Assembly: GCA_048885525.1 (NCBI GenBank)
Contig: JBHLLP010000007.1
Coordinates: 1-64,000 of the forward strand
Reading direction: 5' to 3'
From: Candidatus Hermodarchaeota archaeon
Lineage (GTDB): Archaea; Asgardarchaeota; Lokiarchaeia; Sigyniarchaeales; SOKP01
Length of the DNA: 64,000 nucleotides
Position numbers and translations under genes: made by a program. Shown here piece by piece: positions 20,595-30,848 of this stretch. The number at the start of each line of letters is the position of its first letter. Position 1 is the first letter of the stretch. The notes under the pieces were generated by a model that did not search any database, was not told the origin of the DNA, and saw nothing but the letters and a program-made list of their open reading frames with translations.

Positions 20595-20948
20595 ATGGAA
20601 GAGAAAGAAGATTTAAGACTTGAAATCCCAAGTTATGCATTCATTGCCTTAGCAAGACGAGGAATGGAAAAAATTTCTTTAGACCAATGTTTTCTACATG
20701 ATTGTGATAATCAAGATTCAAACCTCTTAGAACCTTTTAAAAAGGAAATACAAGAGAATGAAAGGAAAATAATTAAGAAGATCTATATAAAATGTAAGAA
20801 ATGTAATCGCAACTTCATATTAAAACTTGAAACTTTGAAATATGTGGCAAAATCAACTAAAAATGAAATAGAAAAGCCATTATCAATGGGTATGGTCTAT
20901 GCTTTAGATGAAAATGGAAAAAATTTGGGGCATATAGGATATTTTTAA
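20595..20948 (+). CDS. Hypothetical Cys-containing (zinc-binding) protein
   Basis: 117 aa, CFLHDC...CKKC. Confidence 0.7.
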   Translation: MEEKEDLRLEIPSYAFIALARRGMEKISLDQCFLHDCDNQDSNLLEPFKKEIQENERKIIKKIYIKCKKCNRNFILKLETLKYVAKSTKNEIEKPLSMGMVYALDENGKNLGHIGYF

Positions 20949-20976
20949 AAATTTAAACTAATTTCTAATTTACCTT

Positions 20977-21669
20977 ATGAGATTTGATTTTTATTTATTT
21001 GATTTGGATGGAACATTGCTCCATCTTGGCAATATCGGAGATTACGTAGATCAAATATTAGTAGAAACTTTTTCCAAGTTAGAAGCCAGTAATCCTCCGA
21101 AAAAAAATGAAAAGTATAAGCTATGGTCCCCAGAAGAAGACTTTTTTGATGTTTTAAAAGAATGGGGTGTCAAGAATCCTCAGAATTTTTGGAAGTTTTT
21201 TGATGAGATAGATTTTAAGTGGAGGAAAAAGTTAATAGAAAAAAATCAGATTTTCCTTTATAAAGATGTTTATAGTACTTTAGAAAAGATATATAATCAC
21301 AAAAAAAATAAACTCGCACTAATTTCAAACGCGGCATATTATATTGTTGATTTTATATTGAATAAATTTAATATTATTCAATTTTTTCATGAAATTTTTA
21401 GTTTAGGTTATTATCAAAATGACCAAGAATTAGCTAAACCATCTCCAAAAGGTATTTTAACAATATTAGATAAATTCAAATATAATCCAAAAGAATTTAA
21501 AGCCATTCTAGTTGGAGATTCTAAATTCGATATTATTGCCGCTAAAAAGGCTTGCATTTATGCTTGTTTAATAAGAAGGGAAATAAATGCTCGTAATAAG
21601 CGATATAAAAAATGGACTATTCAACCAGATTTTGTCATAGAAGGATTAAATGAACTATTTTATTTATAA
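20977..21669 (+). CDS. HAD-family hydrolase (phosphoglycolate phosphatase-like)
   Basis: FDLDGTL, ISN, KPSP, VGDSKFDI. Confidence 0.92.
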   Translation: MRFDFYLFDLDGTLLHLGNIGDYVDQILVETFSKLEASNPPKKNEKYKLWSPEEDFFDVLKEWGVKNPQNFWKFFDEIDFKWRKKLIEKNQIFLYKDVYSTLEKIYNHKKNKLALISNAAYYIVDFILNKFNIIQFFHEIFSLGYYQNDQELAKPSPKGILTILDKFKYNPKEFKAILVGDSKFDIIAAKKACIYACLIRREINARNKRYKKWTIQPDFVIEGLNELFYL

Positions 21670-21797
21670 CAATAGGAATTCATGAAATCCTTACTTAAAT
21701 CGTTCAAAATTGATGAAATATGAAAAATTGAATAAATAAAATTAAATAATCAAACTGATTTTTATTTAATATTGAAAATCTTAAGAGACTAGCCCAA

Positions 21798-23525
21798 ATG
21801 TCGACAAAACTAGGAGAAGAAAATCTTTTACGTAAAAAAGTATGGAAAATCATCAATTTAATACAAGCTAACCAACTATTTGTACATTATAAAGACTTGA
21901 CCATTAAATTTCTACCAGAAGATAGTAAAAAAGTAGATACAAAATTGCTTCCGGAAATATTATCATTGTGTATTTTAAATGCCATAGTACCAAACTCCGC
22001 TATGTTGTTAATTGGAGGTCATGGAGGGGGTAAAACTACTCTTGTAAAGCTTCTAGGTCGGATGTTTACTGCAGATTCGCTTAGTAATATAGAAAGTTCA
22101 ATCATTAGAGGGCATCCTCAACTTACTGAAGAGAAATTAATTGGCACTTTAAAATTAGGAAAATTGATGAAAGATGGAGAAGAAGAGGTAGTTTGGCGAC
22201 AATTTGTCACAAATTTCTGGAAAATTATTGATGAAGTGAATCGGCTAACTCCCTATGCTCAAGATATCTTGCTATCATTGCTTGCTGAAGGAACAGTTAA
22301 ATATTACGATTCAATAGCAACAATTAATAAATTTTGTTTATTTGCAACGATTAATCCTCATGATGTTGGTACTTTTGAATTATCTCAACCATTTTTAGAT
22401 CGTTTTGGAATTTCTGTTCCAATTTCGATGCCCAGAAGTCATGATTTACAGCTTATCTTAACAGGAAAAGATGAGAAATATTCCGGCATGGATGAATTAA
22501 TTCAAGTTCCCGAAATTTTATCTATTGATGAATTAATGGAAATTTGGTATTATGTGAATGGAATCTCATTTAGTCCTGAAGTTAATAATTATATTCATGC
22601 GATAATTAGGGAATTTACTTTATGTGCTAGACTAGACAAGGGTAATACTGAAGATATTAAACCTAGCACAGGACTTTGTACTGGTTGTCATTTCAATACA
22701 GCACAAAATATATGTAACAAAATTGATTCGATTCTAAGTGTAAGGGTTGCAAAAGATCTTTTAAGATATTCTAAAGCTTTAGCTTGGTTATTAGGATTAG
22801 AAAAGGTAGATATCAATATTGTAAATACCATAGCACCATATGTAATTTCACATAGAGTAATATATGTAAAAAGGGAAGTAGATAAATCGCCATATTTTGG
22901 AAATAAATATGAATTTTCAGGGAATATTTTAAATGTTATCCAAAAAAGGTTTAAAAACCGCGAAGTGTGCTATAAAATAGCTGATAGATATCGTGAAGGA
23001 AAACCTAAAGATAATGATTTACTAGAGCTAAAAAAATTTGAAAAGAATGATTTAATTATAAAATACGACTTAATTCCGTTTGTAAATTCAGTAAATAACA
23101 AGAAATATTATCCAATTGCCCAACAGATTCAAGAAGCATCAAAACAAGGGGATATTAAAAAGTTAGCTGAAATTCGAAATAATCTTCTAGAAGAAATTGA
23201 TTTTCCTAATAGAGGAGACTTAATTGAATGGTGTAATCGAGAACTTTTTAAGCAAACAGTTACCGATTATTTAATTAAATATTCTTATTGGAAGGAATTA
23301 TGGGCTGATATTGCAGCTGAATTCTCTAAACTAGATCAACCTTTAAAGGAAGCATTTAGTCAGAGACAAACAAAACAAATCCGTACAGAAGACTTATTGA
23401 TTGAAATTAATGTTACTGGAACTAAAGAAGATTCATTAGTAAACATTCAAATTTCTGGGGGATCTGAAGCTTTAAGATTAAGAACGATTTTAAATAATTC
23501 TGAATACATTCAAAAGGAAGAATAA
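21798..23525 (+). CDS. MoxR-like AAA+ ATPase
   Basis: Walker A GGHGGGKT, Walker B IIDEVNR, ATINP, LSQPFLDRF, S.R sensor 2. Confidence 0.88.
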   Translation: MSTKLGEENLLRKKVWKIINLIQANQLFVHYKDLTIKFLPEDSKKVDTKLLPEILSLCILNAIVPNSAMLLIGGHGGGKTTLVKLLGRMFTADSLSNIESSIIRGHPQLTEEKLIGTLKLGKLMKDGEEEVVWRQFVTNFWKIIDEVNRLTPYAQDILLSLLAEGTVKYYDSIATINKFCLFATINPHDVGTFELSQPFLDRFGISVPISMPRSHDLQLILTGKDEKYSGMDELIQVPEILSIDELMEIWYYVNGISFSPEVNNYIHAIIREFTLCARLDKGNTEDIKPSTGLCTGCHFNTAQNICNKIDSILSVRVAKDLLRYSKALAWLLGLEKVDINIVNTIAPYVISHRVIYVKREVDKSPYFGNKYEFSGNILNVIQKRFKNREVCYKIADRYREGKPKDNDLLELKKFEKNDLIIKYDLIPFVNSVNNKKYYPIAQQIQEASKQGDIKKLAEIRNNLLEEIDFPNRGDLIEWCNRELFKQTVTDYLIKYSYWKELWADIAAEFSKLDQPLKEAFSQRQTKQIRTEDLLIEINVTGTKEDSLVNIQISGGSEALRLRTILNNSEYIQKEE

Positions 23526-23542
23526 ATAAATTTAAAGACAAG

Positions 23543-25258
23543 ATGATTCAATTAAGAAGAAAAGGTAAAAGAATAAAGAAGGAGCTTACAGAAAAGGAAA
23601 AGAGAACAATTGAATTAGCTAACATCGCATGGAGTAAGACGTTAAGTGAATTTTATTACCCTCCATTAAACGATCCTATTTATGTGTTTGATTATACACA
23701 TTTAGAAGGATTCTATATCGACCCTGAACATCGATGGCAAATAACAATGAATCTAGCTAATACACCCATACTGAAAGATGATCAAGAATATATTAATTAC
23801 TTTTATATCATCTCACTTCATGAAGTATCTCATTATCAAATTATTCCCTACGATGGTTTGACTCACGCTAAATTATTAAGAGCTGCTATGACTCATGTAA
23901 ATCAAAATTATGCTCCAATTGTTGTAAATGTTTTTGCAGATTTAATTATAGATACAAAATTATATCATAAATATTCCAATCTCATTGAGTGGGAAATGGT
24001 TGAAACCTATAAACATATCATAAATAAAGGCCCTATAAGCAGTTTTAGTAAACTTTTATTTCGAACTTATGAGAAAATGTGGAATAAAGACGTTATAGGT
24101 GATGAAAAGCTTAAGGAGATGGATTCTTTAGCGGAAAGAATCACGAAAATTATACTAAAAAATTTTGAAGATGAATCAACATGGGAAAAGAAAGTAGCTC
24201 AAGTCGCTAGAATTTTAAAAAGTTTAATACAAAACACCTTTGCTTTGATTAGTAACGGAGATGTTTTAGATAAAAATAAGGAAAAAAGAAAAAGTCCAGG
24301 AGGTGCCTTTTTAGAAGTTCCTAAGGATATTTTAGAAGTTATGGATAATCCATTGGAAAATAAAAATGCCGATAAATTAAAAGAAGGTAATGAAGATGGT
24401 TTACGTCAAAAATCGGAGGAATTTGCTAAAGATATCCCCTACTCTGAATTTGGTGGACCTGCACGTCAAGCAGGAATTTTAATTGATGGGAATGCTTTAG
24501 CTACTTGGTATAGAGGTTTAGGAAAAAATCTAATTGAGATAAAAATTTATGAAGAAAAACCAGGGGGACAATTACCAGTTTATCCAGAAGTATGGCGTAT
24601 TGGAGATAGAATAGAAGAATTGGATATCGTTCAGAGTTTATTAAACAGTCCAATAATAATACCTAATATTACTACAAGAAAATGGGCATTTAAAGAAGGT
24701 CCAGGTCATTTAGTTGAAAAAGAAATACCTGATCTATTAATTGTTTTAGATTCTTCAGGCTCTATGGGTTGGGATTATACATCAAGATCAGCTCGGGGTA
24801 GGGGGGCATATCATACAGCTCTAGTAGCTGCATTTGCATCTTTGCATTATGCTGCTGGGAAAGGTGCTAAATTTAGTATAATAAATTTCTCAAATAAAGC
24901 AGATATTTGCCATTGGACTACTGATTATAAAAAAGCTGAAAATGTGCTATTGAGATATCAAGGAGGAGGAACTTTCTTGCCAATCAAAGAAATTTCAAAT
25001 CAATGTAAAAGCGCAGAAAAAAAAACTCTTGTCTTCATCATCACTGATTTTGGTATCTATAATTGGAGTAAAACAAAAAAAGTAATTATGGAGTTAACTC
25101 AAAAAGGGCATAAAATAGTTGGATTTTTCATAGGTTCTACTAAAATTCCTAAAGAGAAATTTAAAAACCTACTTGATAAGGTAACCTTTTATGGAATAGG
25201 AAATCCCAAAGATTTAGTCAGTTTAGTTATAAATGAAGTTCAGAAGTATTATCTATAA
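23543..25258 (+). CDS. VWA-domain partner protein with N-terminal HExxH metallopeptidase-like motif
   Basis: LHEVSH; MIDAS LDSSGSM, GGT, FIITD; adjacent to the MoxR gene. Confidence 0.85.
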   Translation: MIQLRRKGKRIKKELTEKEKRTIELANIAWSKTLSEFYYPPLNDPIYVFDYTHLEGFYIDPEHRWQITMNLANTPILKDDQEYINYFYIISLHEVSHYQIIPYDGLTHAKLLRAAMTHVNQNYAPIVVNVFADLIIDTKLYHKYSNLIEWEMVETYKHIINKGPISSFSKLLFRTYEKMWNKDVIGDEKLKEMDSLAERITKIILKNFEDESTWEKKVAQVARILKSLIQNTFALISNGDVLDKNKEKRKSPGGAFLEVPKDILEVMDNPLENKNADKLKEGNEDGLRQKSEEFAKDIPYSEFGGPARQAGILIDGNALATWYRGLGKNLIEIKIYEEKPGGQLPVYPEVWRIGDRIEELDIVQSLLNSPIIIPNITTRKWAFKEGPGHLVEKEIPDLLIVLDSSGSMGWDYTSRSARGRGAYHTALVAAFASLHYAAGKGAKFSIINFSNKADICHWTTDYKKAENVLLRYQGGGTFLPIKEISNQCKSAEKKTLVFIITDFGIYNWSKTKKVIMELTQKGHKIVGFFIGSTKIPKEKFKNLLDKVTFYGIGNPKDLVSLVINEVQKYYL

Positions 25259-25262
25259 ACCT

Positions 25263-25526
25263 TTATCGCTTGTTTATTTCACGTAAATATTGCTTCATGA
25301 AATAACGTTGGGATTGACAATAAAGAAGTTTATCTTTACTTGTCAAATGTCTACAATTAATTAAAACATTTTGGATATCTGTAAGAAGTTTAAAATTATC
25401 GTGTTTTGCTTTATGTGGTATCTCATCTACTGGTTTATCCTCTGGATTATTAACAACTTTTGGTTCATAGAATAAATCTTTAAGATTTAGAACTGGTTCC
25501 GTATCTTCAACTTTTGAAATCATCAT
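25263..25526 (-). CDS. Small hypothetical protein
   Basis: 87-aa ORF filling the gap; no motif recognised. Confidence 0.5.
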   Translation of the reverse strand: MMISKVEDTEPVLNLKDLFYEPKVVNNPEDKPVDEIPHKAKHDNFKLLTDIQNVLINCRHLTSKDKLLYCQSQRYFMKQYLREINKR

Positions 25527-25696
25527 TTTTTTATGTAATAGCAGAGAGATATCTACATATATATTAAAAACATATGGTTTGGTCTTTTGAAACTAAGTGA
25601 TATCTATGTAATATCTTCTCTAAGTTAAGAAAAATGAATTATAGAAATTCAAAATAATTATAAAAAAAATTGTGGAACCACTTCTTATTTCAATTA

Positions 25697-26224
25697 CTAA
25701 AGTACAGTAAGTAAACTATCAACATCAAGCCAACCTTTTAAAACATGGATAATATTTCCTTGCTCATCTATAACAAATTGTCCTGGTCCCTGCTTTTCCC
25801 AACCCTCATATTCCCCATGTTCAAATCCATATTTTCTAATTTCTTTTATTTTAATAGGAATTTGGTTCACTGCTTCAGCCGTCATTAATCCTAATCCATA
25901 TTCTGCATATAATTCGTCTTTAGAACTTGGAATAACAGGAAAATCAATATTTTCTTTTTCAATATACTCTTTTGCTATATTTTCACCAGATTGAGTAATA
26001 TATAAAATTTTAGCTCCAGTTTCCTCGATTTCACCTTTCCGTTCTAAAAGTGTTTTGAGATCTAATTGGCAAATTGGACAACCAAAATATCTTGAAAAAA
26101 TTAACACAATTTTTCGCTCTCCAATAAGGTTTCCTAAATCAATGTTTCCTGCATTATAAGATTCTATATTAAACAAGGGGGCTTTATCTCCCTCTTTTAT
26201 ATCGTTTTTTCCCATAATTTCCAC
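25697..26224 (-). CDS. AhpC/TSA peroxiredoxin-like redoxin
   Basis: GDKAPLF, FSRYFGCPIC, QGPGQFVID. Confidence 0.85.
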   Translation of the reverse strand: MEIMGKNDIKEGDKAPLFNIESYNAGNIDLGNLIGERKIVLIFSRYFGCPICQLDLKTLLERKGEIEETGAKILYITQSGENIAKEYIEKENIDFPVIPSSKDELYAEYGLGLMTAEAVNQIPIKIKEIRKYGFEHGEYEGWEKQGPGQFVIDEQGNIIHVLKGWLDVDSLLTVL

Positions 26225-26537
26225 TTATAATAAGTTATGTGTTTTTTATAATATTCATTTCAATAAAGAATTTTTGAAATTTATTAAAATTAGTCTAGAA
26301 ATTGCAGGAATACTATTTTTAAATTCTAAACATTCAAAAAAAATTATTAAATATTTCAATTTTATTAAAAAATTTTAAATATTAATGATAAATTTATACA
26401 TTTTTGTGAAATCCATCTGATATAGATAAACTCTATCAGAAATTATTTAAAGAAGTTGATAATAATGTCAAAAAGATATAATAAAAGTAGAGAACGTTTT
26501 CTAACTATTAATGTAAAATATAGTGGTGAGTAATTAA

Positions 26538-28373
26538 GTGAAAGGCTTTGTTGGTAAACTCTTAGTAATAAACCTAAATAATCATGAAATTAGAAATGAA
26601 TCTTTGGACGAAGAAATAGCAAAGTATTTCCTTGGTGGGTCAGGTTACTGCTGTAGATATTTATATGATAAATTAGAAAAAGAAACCGACCCTTTATCCC
26701 CAGAAAACATTCTAATGTTTATGAACGGACCCTTTTCTGGTTCTAATATTCCTACTAGCGGAAAATTTGTAGTATGTGCGAAATCTCCGTTAACAGGGAT
26801 CTGGGGGGAGTCAAATTGTGGAGGTTTTTTTGGACCTGAATTGAAAAAAACTGGATATGATGGCATAGTAATAAAAGGAGCTTCAAAGAATCCAGTGTAT
26901 ATAGAAATAACGGAAAAAGATGTCAAAATTAAGGATGCTACTATGTTATGGGGAAAAGGTATTATTGAGACATCGAAAACATTAAAAGAACAATCACGTA
27001 CGCCTTTAACAAGAGTCGCCTGCATTGGTCCTGCTGGAGAAAATCTTGTGAAGTATGCAATAATAGCATCAGAAGAAAAAGCTGCAGGTAGAACTGGGAT
27101 GGGAGCCGTCATGGGTTCTAAAAAAATAAAAGCGATTACAGTTAGAGGTCCTAAAATGACATATCCCGCTGCCAATCCCGAAAACTTAAAATTAGCTGTA
27201 AAAAACGCAAGAGAACATATAATGAATGATTTTATAACGGAAATGTATAGTAAATTCGGCACATCGGGGTCTGTTGATACTTGTAATGCTTATGGAGATT
27301 TACCTATAAAGTATTGGACTTTAGGTACATGGAATAAAGCATATAATATCTCAGGAGTAACTGCACACGGGAAAATTTATACAAAACAACATCATTGCTA
27401 TGCATGTCCCATCGGATGTGCTCATAAAGCTCTAGTAGAGGAAGGAAATTACAAAATGGATCATGAAATTGAAGCTGCTGAATATGAAACCGTGGTAGGT
27501 TTTGGTTCTTTAATTTTAAATGATAACTTAGAATCAATACAAAAAGCAAATTTTCTATGCAATGATTATGGTATTGATACTATTAGTGGGAGTAGTACTA
27601 TTGCATTTATTTATCACCTATTCAACAATCAGATAATAGATTCAGATGATATTGATGGCTTAGAACCAAAATGGGGTGATATTGATACTGCCCTTATGAT
27701 GATTAAAAAAATTGCATATAGAGAGGGAATTGGAAATTTACTTGCTAATGGTTCTGATGCAGTTGGTAAATATTTTAATATTTCTCAGGATGATATCGCT
27801 ACGGTTTATGGTATGGAAGTGCCCTATCATGATTTACGTCATATTTATGGCATGGCTGTAGCGTACGCATTAGGAACTCCAAGAGGACCTTGTCATGAAT
27901 CATGTGATATGTTCGTGCTGATGTTTGGTTCTCAACTTGAAAGTTATGGAATTAAATTGCTTGAATGGCATCAAGATGATGAAGAAATGGCAATAGTGAG
28001 CGCATTAGTGCAGGATTACAGAGCTATTTATAATTCTATGATATTTTGTACTATTGCAAATCCTTTACCAGAAATTTTAATAGATGTACTTTATGCGGCA
28101 ACAGGATTGAAATTTGATATGGCAGAATTTAAAAAATTAGGAGAAAGAATTTATATGATAAAACGTCTCTTTAACCTCAAAATGGGTATTACTCCTGAAG
28201 ATGATAGATTACCCCAGATATTGCTAAATCCAGTGAAGGAAGGTGGTTCAGCAGGCAACACCCCAAACTTCGAAAAACTAAAAAAGGCATATTATAATTA
28301 CAGAACCTTTGATCTTAAAACTGGTTATCCAAATAAAGAAAAATTAAAATTTTTAGGATTAAACAACCTATAA
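26538..28373 (+). CDS. aor: Aldehyde:ferredoxin oxidoreductase (W-dependent AOR family)
   Basis: KSPLTG, CIGPAGE, AGRTGMGAVMGSK, CYACPIGC, EYET, GIDTIS, DDRLP. Confidence 0.93.
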   Translation: MKGFVGKLLVINLNNHEIRNESLDEEIAKYFLGGSGYCCRYLYDKLEKETDPLSPENILMFMNGPFSGSNIPTSGKFVVCAKSPLTGIWGESNCGGFFGPELKKTGYDGIVIKGASKNPVYIEITEKDVKIKDATMLWGKGIIETSKTLKEQSRTPLTRVACIGPAGENLVKYAIIASEEKAAGRTGMGAVMGSKKIKAITVRGPKMTYPAANPENLKLAVKNAREHIMNDFITEMYSKFGTSGSVDTCNAYGDLPIKYWTLGTWNKAYNISGVTAHGKIYTKQHHCYACPIGCAHKALVEEGNYKMDHEIEAAEYETVVGFGSLILNDNLESIQKANFLCNDYGIDTISGSSTIAFIYHLFNNQIIDSDDIDGLEPKWGDIDTALMMIKKIAYREGIGNLLANGSDAVGKYFNISQDDIATVYGMEVPYHDLRHIYGMAVAYALGTPRGPCHESCDMFVLMFGSQLESYGIKLLEWHQDDEEMAIVSALVQDYRAIYNSMIFCTIANPLPEILIDVLYAATGLKFDMAEFKKLGERIYMIKRLFNLKMGITPEDDRLPQILLNPVKEGGSAGNTPNFEKLKKAYYNYRTFDLKTGYPNKEKLKFLGLNNL

Positions 28374-28439
28374 ATTTCCTATATTTTATATTCTTTAAGG
28401 TAAGTATTACATTTCTAGGGCATAAATATTCCCCTTTTT

Positions 28440-29228
28440 TTATTTTTGTCTCTCTTCAACAGACATCAAGACAAATCCAAGTAAAATTGGCGTAAGCGAG
28501 AGTAAAAATAAGAAATACCAGATAAAATAAAGATAAACAACATCTTGAAAATGCCATGGAGCCCATCCATGATAAGATACCATAAGAACAAAAAACCCTA
28601 GTCCTACTAGTTTAGGTCCGGTTTCACTTGCTTTATATCCATAATATGCAAAAATGTAGGCCATAGTAAAACAAATTGGAATCCAAATTGTATGAAGAAA
28701 GAGATACATTGTAATTTCAATTGGATTTTCTGAAGGAATTATAAATAATCCTATGATCAGCCATAGGAATCCAAGAATAAGTACAGAAACGCTAGGAATT
28801 TGCTGTCTTTTTTTGTTTTCTGTTAAAATTATCAAGATCCCATATAATATACCAGCAGAAAAGCAAGGCATTCCCCATCTCCATGCGAAAAAATGTAAAG
28901 TAGATAAATTTTCGTTAGCATTGGGGAATCCTAAAGCTCTAAAAACATGTGCAACAAACGTAATACTATATATAAAAAAAGATATACTCCAAATTAATTG
29001 AGAAGTATTTTTTCTTTTTGTCCTAATCCACCTTAGTAACAAATACCCCCCAATCGTCCATAATAATATTGTACTATTTAAACCAAGACCGAATAAAAAG
29101 AAACTTGATTCTAATACAAAAATTGGTGCTCCATGAGGAAGATTGATTAAAACATATGCAGAAATAATCGAAATTATTATGAGTCCAGCAATATAAATTA
29201 TATGTGTTTTTTCCAAATCAATTACCAT
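28440..29228 (-). CDS. Polytopic membrane protein (about 8 TM), unknown function
   Basis: Hydrophobic segments throughout; overlaps the upstream gene by 7 nt. Confidence 0.8.
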   Translation of the reverse strand: MVIDLEKTHIIYIAGLIIISIISAYVLINLPHGAPIFVLESSFFLFGLGLNSTILLWTIGGYLLLRWIRTKRKNTSQLIWSISFFIYSITFVAHVFRALGFPNANENLSTLHFFAWRWGMPCFSAGILYGILIILTENKKRQQIPSVSVLILGFLWLIIGLFIIPSENPIEITMYLFLHTIWIPICFTMAYIFAYYGYKASETGPKLVGLGFFVLMVSYHGWAPWHFQDVVYLYFIWYFLFLLSLTPILLGFVLMSVEERQK

Positions 29229-29716
29229 TTAAATTTTTTAAATTTTTTTATTATTTTCTCATCAGGGATTTCATCTCTTAATTTTTCTGTTAAGATATTG
29301 TAACATTCCAAAAGTATTTCGTTTAATTCTATTGATTTTAAATCAATGTCAGGATCATTCTCTTTTAAATATCCTCTTTTATAAAAAGCCTTATATAAAT
29401 TTACTATCGACATTATCTTAATAGAATAGTCTTTCAACGTATCATAAAATAATTCACTCTTGTAATTTTTATCAGTTATTACTGAAAGCATTAACATTTC
29501 TTTATTTCCACGGGCCCAACAAGAAGTAATTTCAAAATATAAGTTAGTAAATTTAATATCTTCCTCAATTAAAGAAACCTCGAAAAATCTATCAGACATG
29601 TCTAAATCAAAAAAACCTAACATTTTTTTACCAAGTTTTTCTAAAATTGAACCTGGATGAGAAAAATAGATTTCTGGACCGATTATCGTATTAAAATATA
29701 ATAAGGCTAATTGCAT
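29222..29716 (-). CDS. Longin/uDENN-like fold protein (Asgard type)
   Basis: N-terminal hydrophobic strand YFNTIIGPEIY (F..xGP), NLYFEI...ARGNKEMLMLSVI strands, C-terminal helix. Confidence 0.6.
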   Translation of the reverse strand: MQLALLYFNTIIGPEIYFSHPGSILEKLGKKMLGFFDLDMSDRFFEVSLIEEDIKFTNLYFEITSCWARGNKEMLMLSVITDKNYKSELFYDTLKDYSIKIMSIVNLYKAFYKRGYLKENDPDIDLKSIELNEILLECYNILTEKLRDEIPDEKIIKKFKKFKW

Positions 29717-29916
29717 TTTCGTGATTCTTGGAAGAATTGTTATTTATTATATTATTTAACTTTTTAATATTATTTTATTCTTATGTCTTCAATTTCTTTA
29801 ATTTTTTTTAATTAATTATAATCAATTAATTTTAATAATGCAAGCTCAATAAATAACATAAAAAGAAATAACAATATAATCAAATTATTAACTTTTAATA
29901 AAATTAAATTTTATAG

Positions 29917-30717
29917 GTGAAAATTGTGGTAAAAAAAGAGTACATTTGTGAAAAAGGTAAGAAAAGCACAGTAGTAATTGAAGATCTCTCTATAGAAATC
30001 AAGCAGGGAGCAACTTTTGTTTTAGGTTTTGCTGGAATTGGATTAATAGGTCCTATTGTTGCTAATACTCTAATTGAACAAATTCCAGATATTAAAGAAA
30101 TCGGATTTATTACTTCAGAGTATCTTCCGCCTATCTCAGTATTCTATGCAGGTGTTTTGAAACATCCTTTTAGATTGCTTTACTCTACACAAAATAACTT
30201 GATTATTGGCATATGCGAAGTTCCTTTTCAGATACCAACTGCTTACAATGACTTGAGTAAAACTATATGTAATTGGGCTCTATCAGAGGATGTTAGAGCG
30301 AAAGAAATTATAATTTTTCAAGGAATTCCACAGAGAGGTATTATTGATGAATATCCAGTTTATTATGCTGCTGAAGAGGTAATGATGGATCGACTTGAGA
30401 AATTTGGAATTACAAAAGTCGAGAAAGGAATCATTGTGGGGCCAGAAGCAACCGTTTTGAATGAAGCCTTGACAAATAGGTTAAATGCCTTTGCATTATT
30501 TACTCCTGTATTAGAAATTCCTACTCCTGAGGGTGCTGCCAGCATTCTAGAGGTGTTAAATAAAATGTATAATTTAACTATTGACACAACATCTCTTATC
30601 GAGCAAGGAAAAGAAATCAAGGCAAAGATGCTGGAACTCGCTCAGAAAGCGTCTCAATATCAACAACAGCAACAATTACCTGGGACTGGGAAAGAATATA
30701 CAGGATATTTCCAATAA
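29917..30717 (+). CDS. PAC2 family proteasome assembly chaperone
   Basis: GFAGIGLIGPIVAN, HPFRL, GIIVGP, PTPEGAA; C-terminal ...GYFQ. Confidence 0.88.
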   Translation: MKIVVKKEYICEKGKKSTVVIEDLSIEIKQGATFVLGFAGIGLIGPIVANTLIEQIPDIKEIGFITSEYLPPISVFYAGVLKHPFRLLYSTQNNLIIGICEVPFQIPTAYNDLSKTICNWALSEDVRAKEIIIFQGIPQRGIIDEYPVYYAAEEVMMDRLEKFGITKVEKGIIVGPEATVLNEALTNRLNAFALFTPVLEIPTPEGAASILEVLNKMYNLTIDTTSLIEQGKEIKAKMLELAQKASQYQQQQQLPGTGKEYTGYFQ

Positions 30718-30848
30718 AGTAATAGTTTATTCTAAATTTTCTCTTTTTTATTACATTTTTTAAGATTAGTGTGAGTCTTATTTAATATTCTATAAAAAAT
30801 ACATTTATTACAAATTCAGATTTTGATGAAGTAGACTAATAGTCCCAA

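Noticed and set aside
25697-26224. Peroxiredoxin-like gene as a selenoprotein
   Set aside because: The CPIC motif uses ordinary Cys codons and there is no in-frame TGA.
26645-27262. 205-aa antisense ORF inside aor, and similar antisense or alternate-frame ORFs inside the ABC, ACD, copA, MFS and MPN genes
   Set aside because: They are nested in or largely overlap well-supported genes and have no motifs; typical shadow ORFs.
30655-30675. CAA/CAG run near the end of the PAC2 gene as a tandem repeat element
   Set aside because: It is only a short poly-Gln coding tract.
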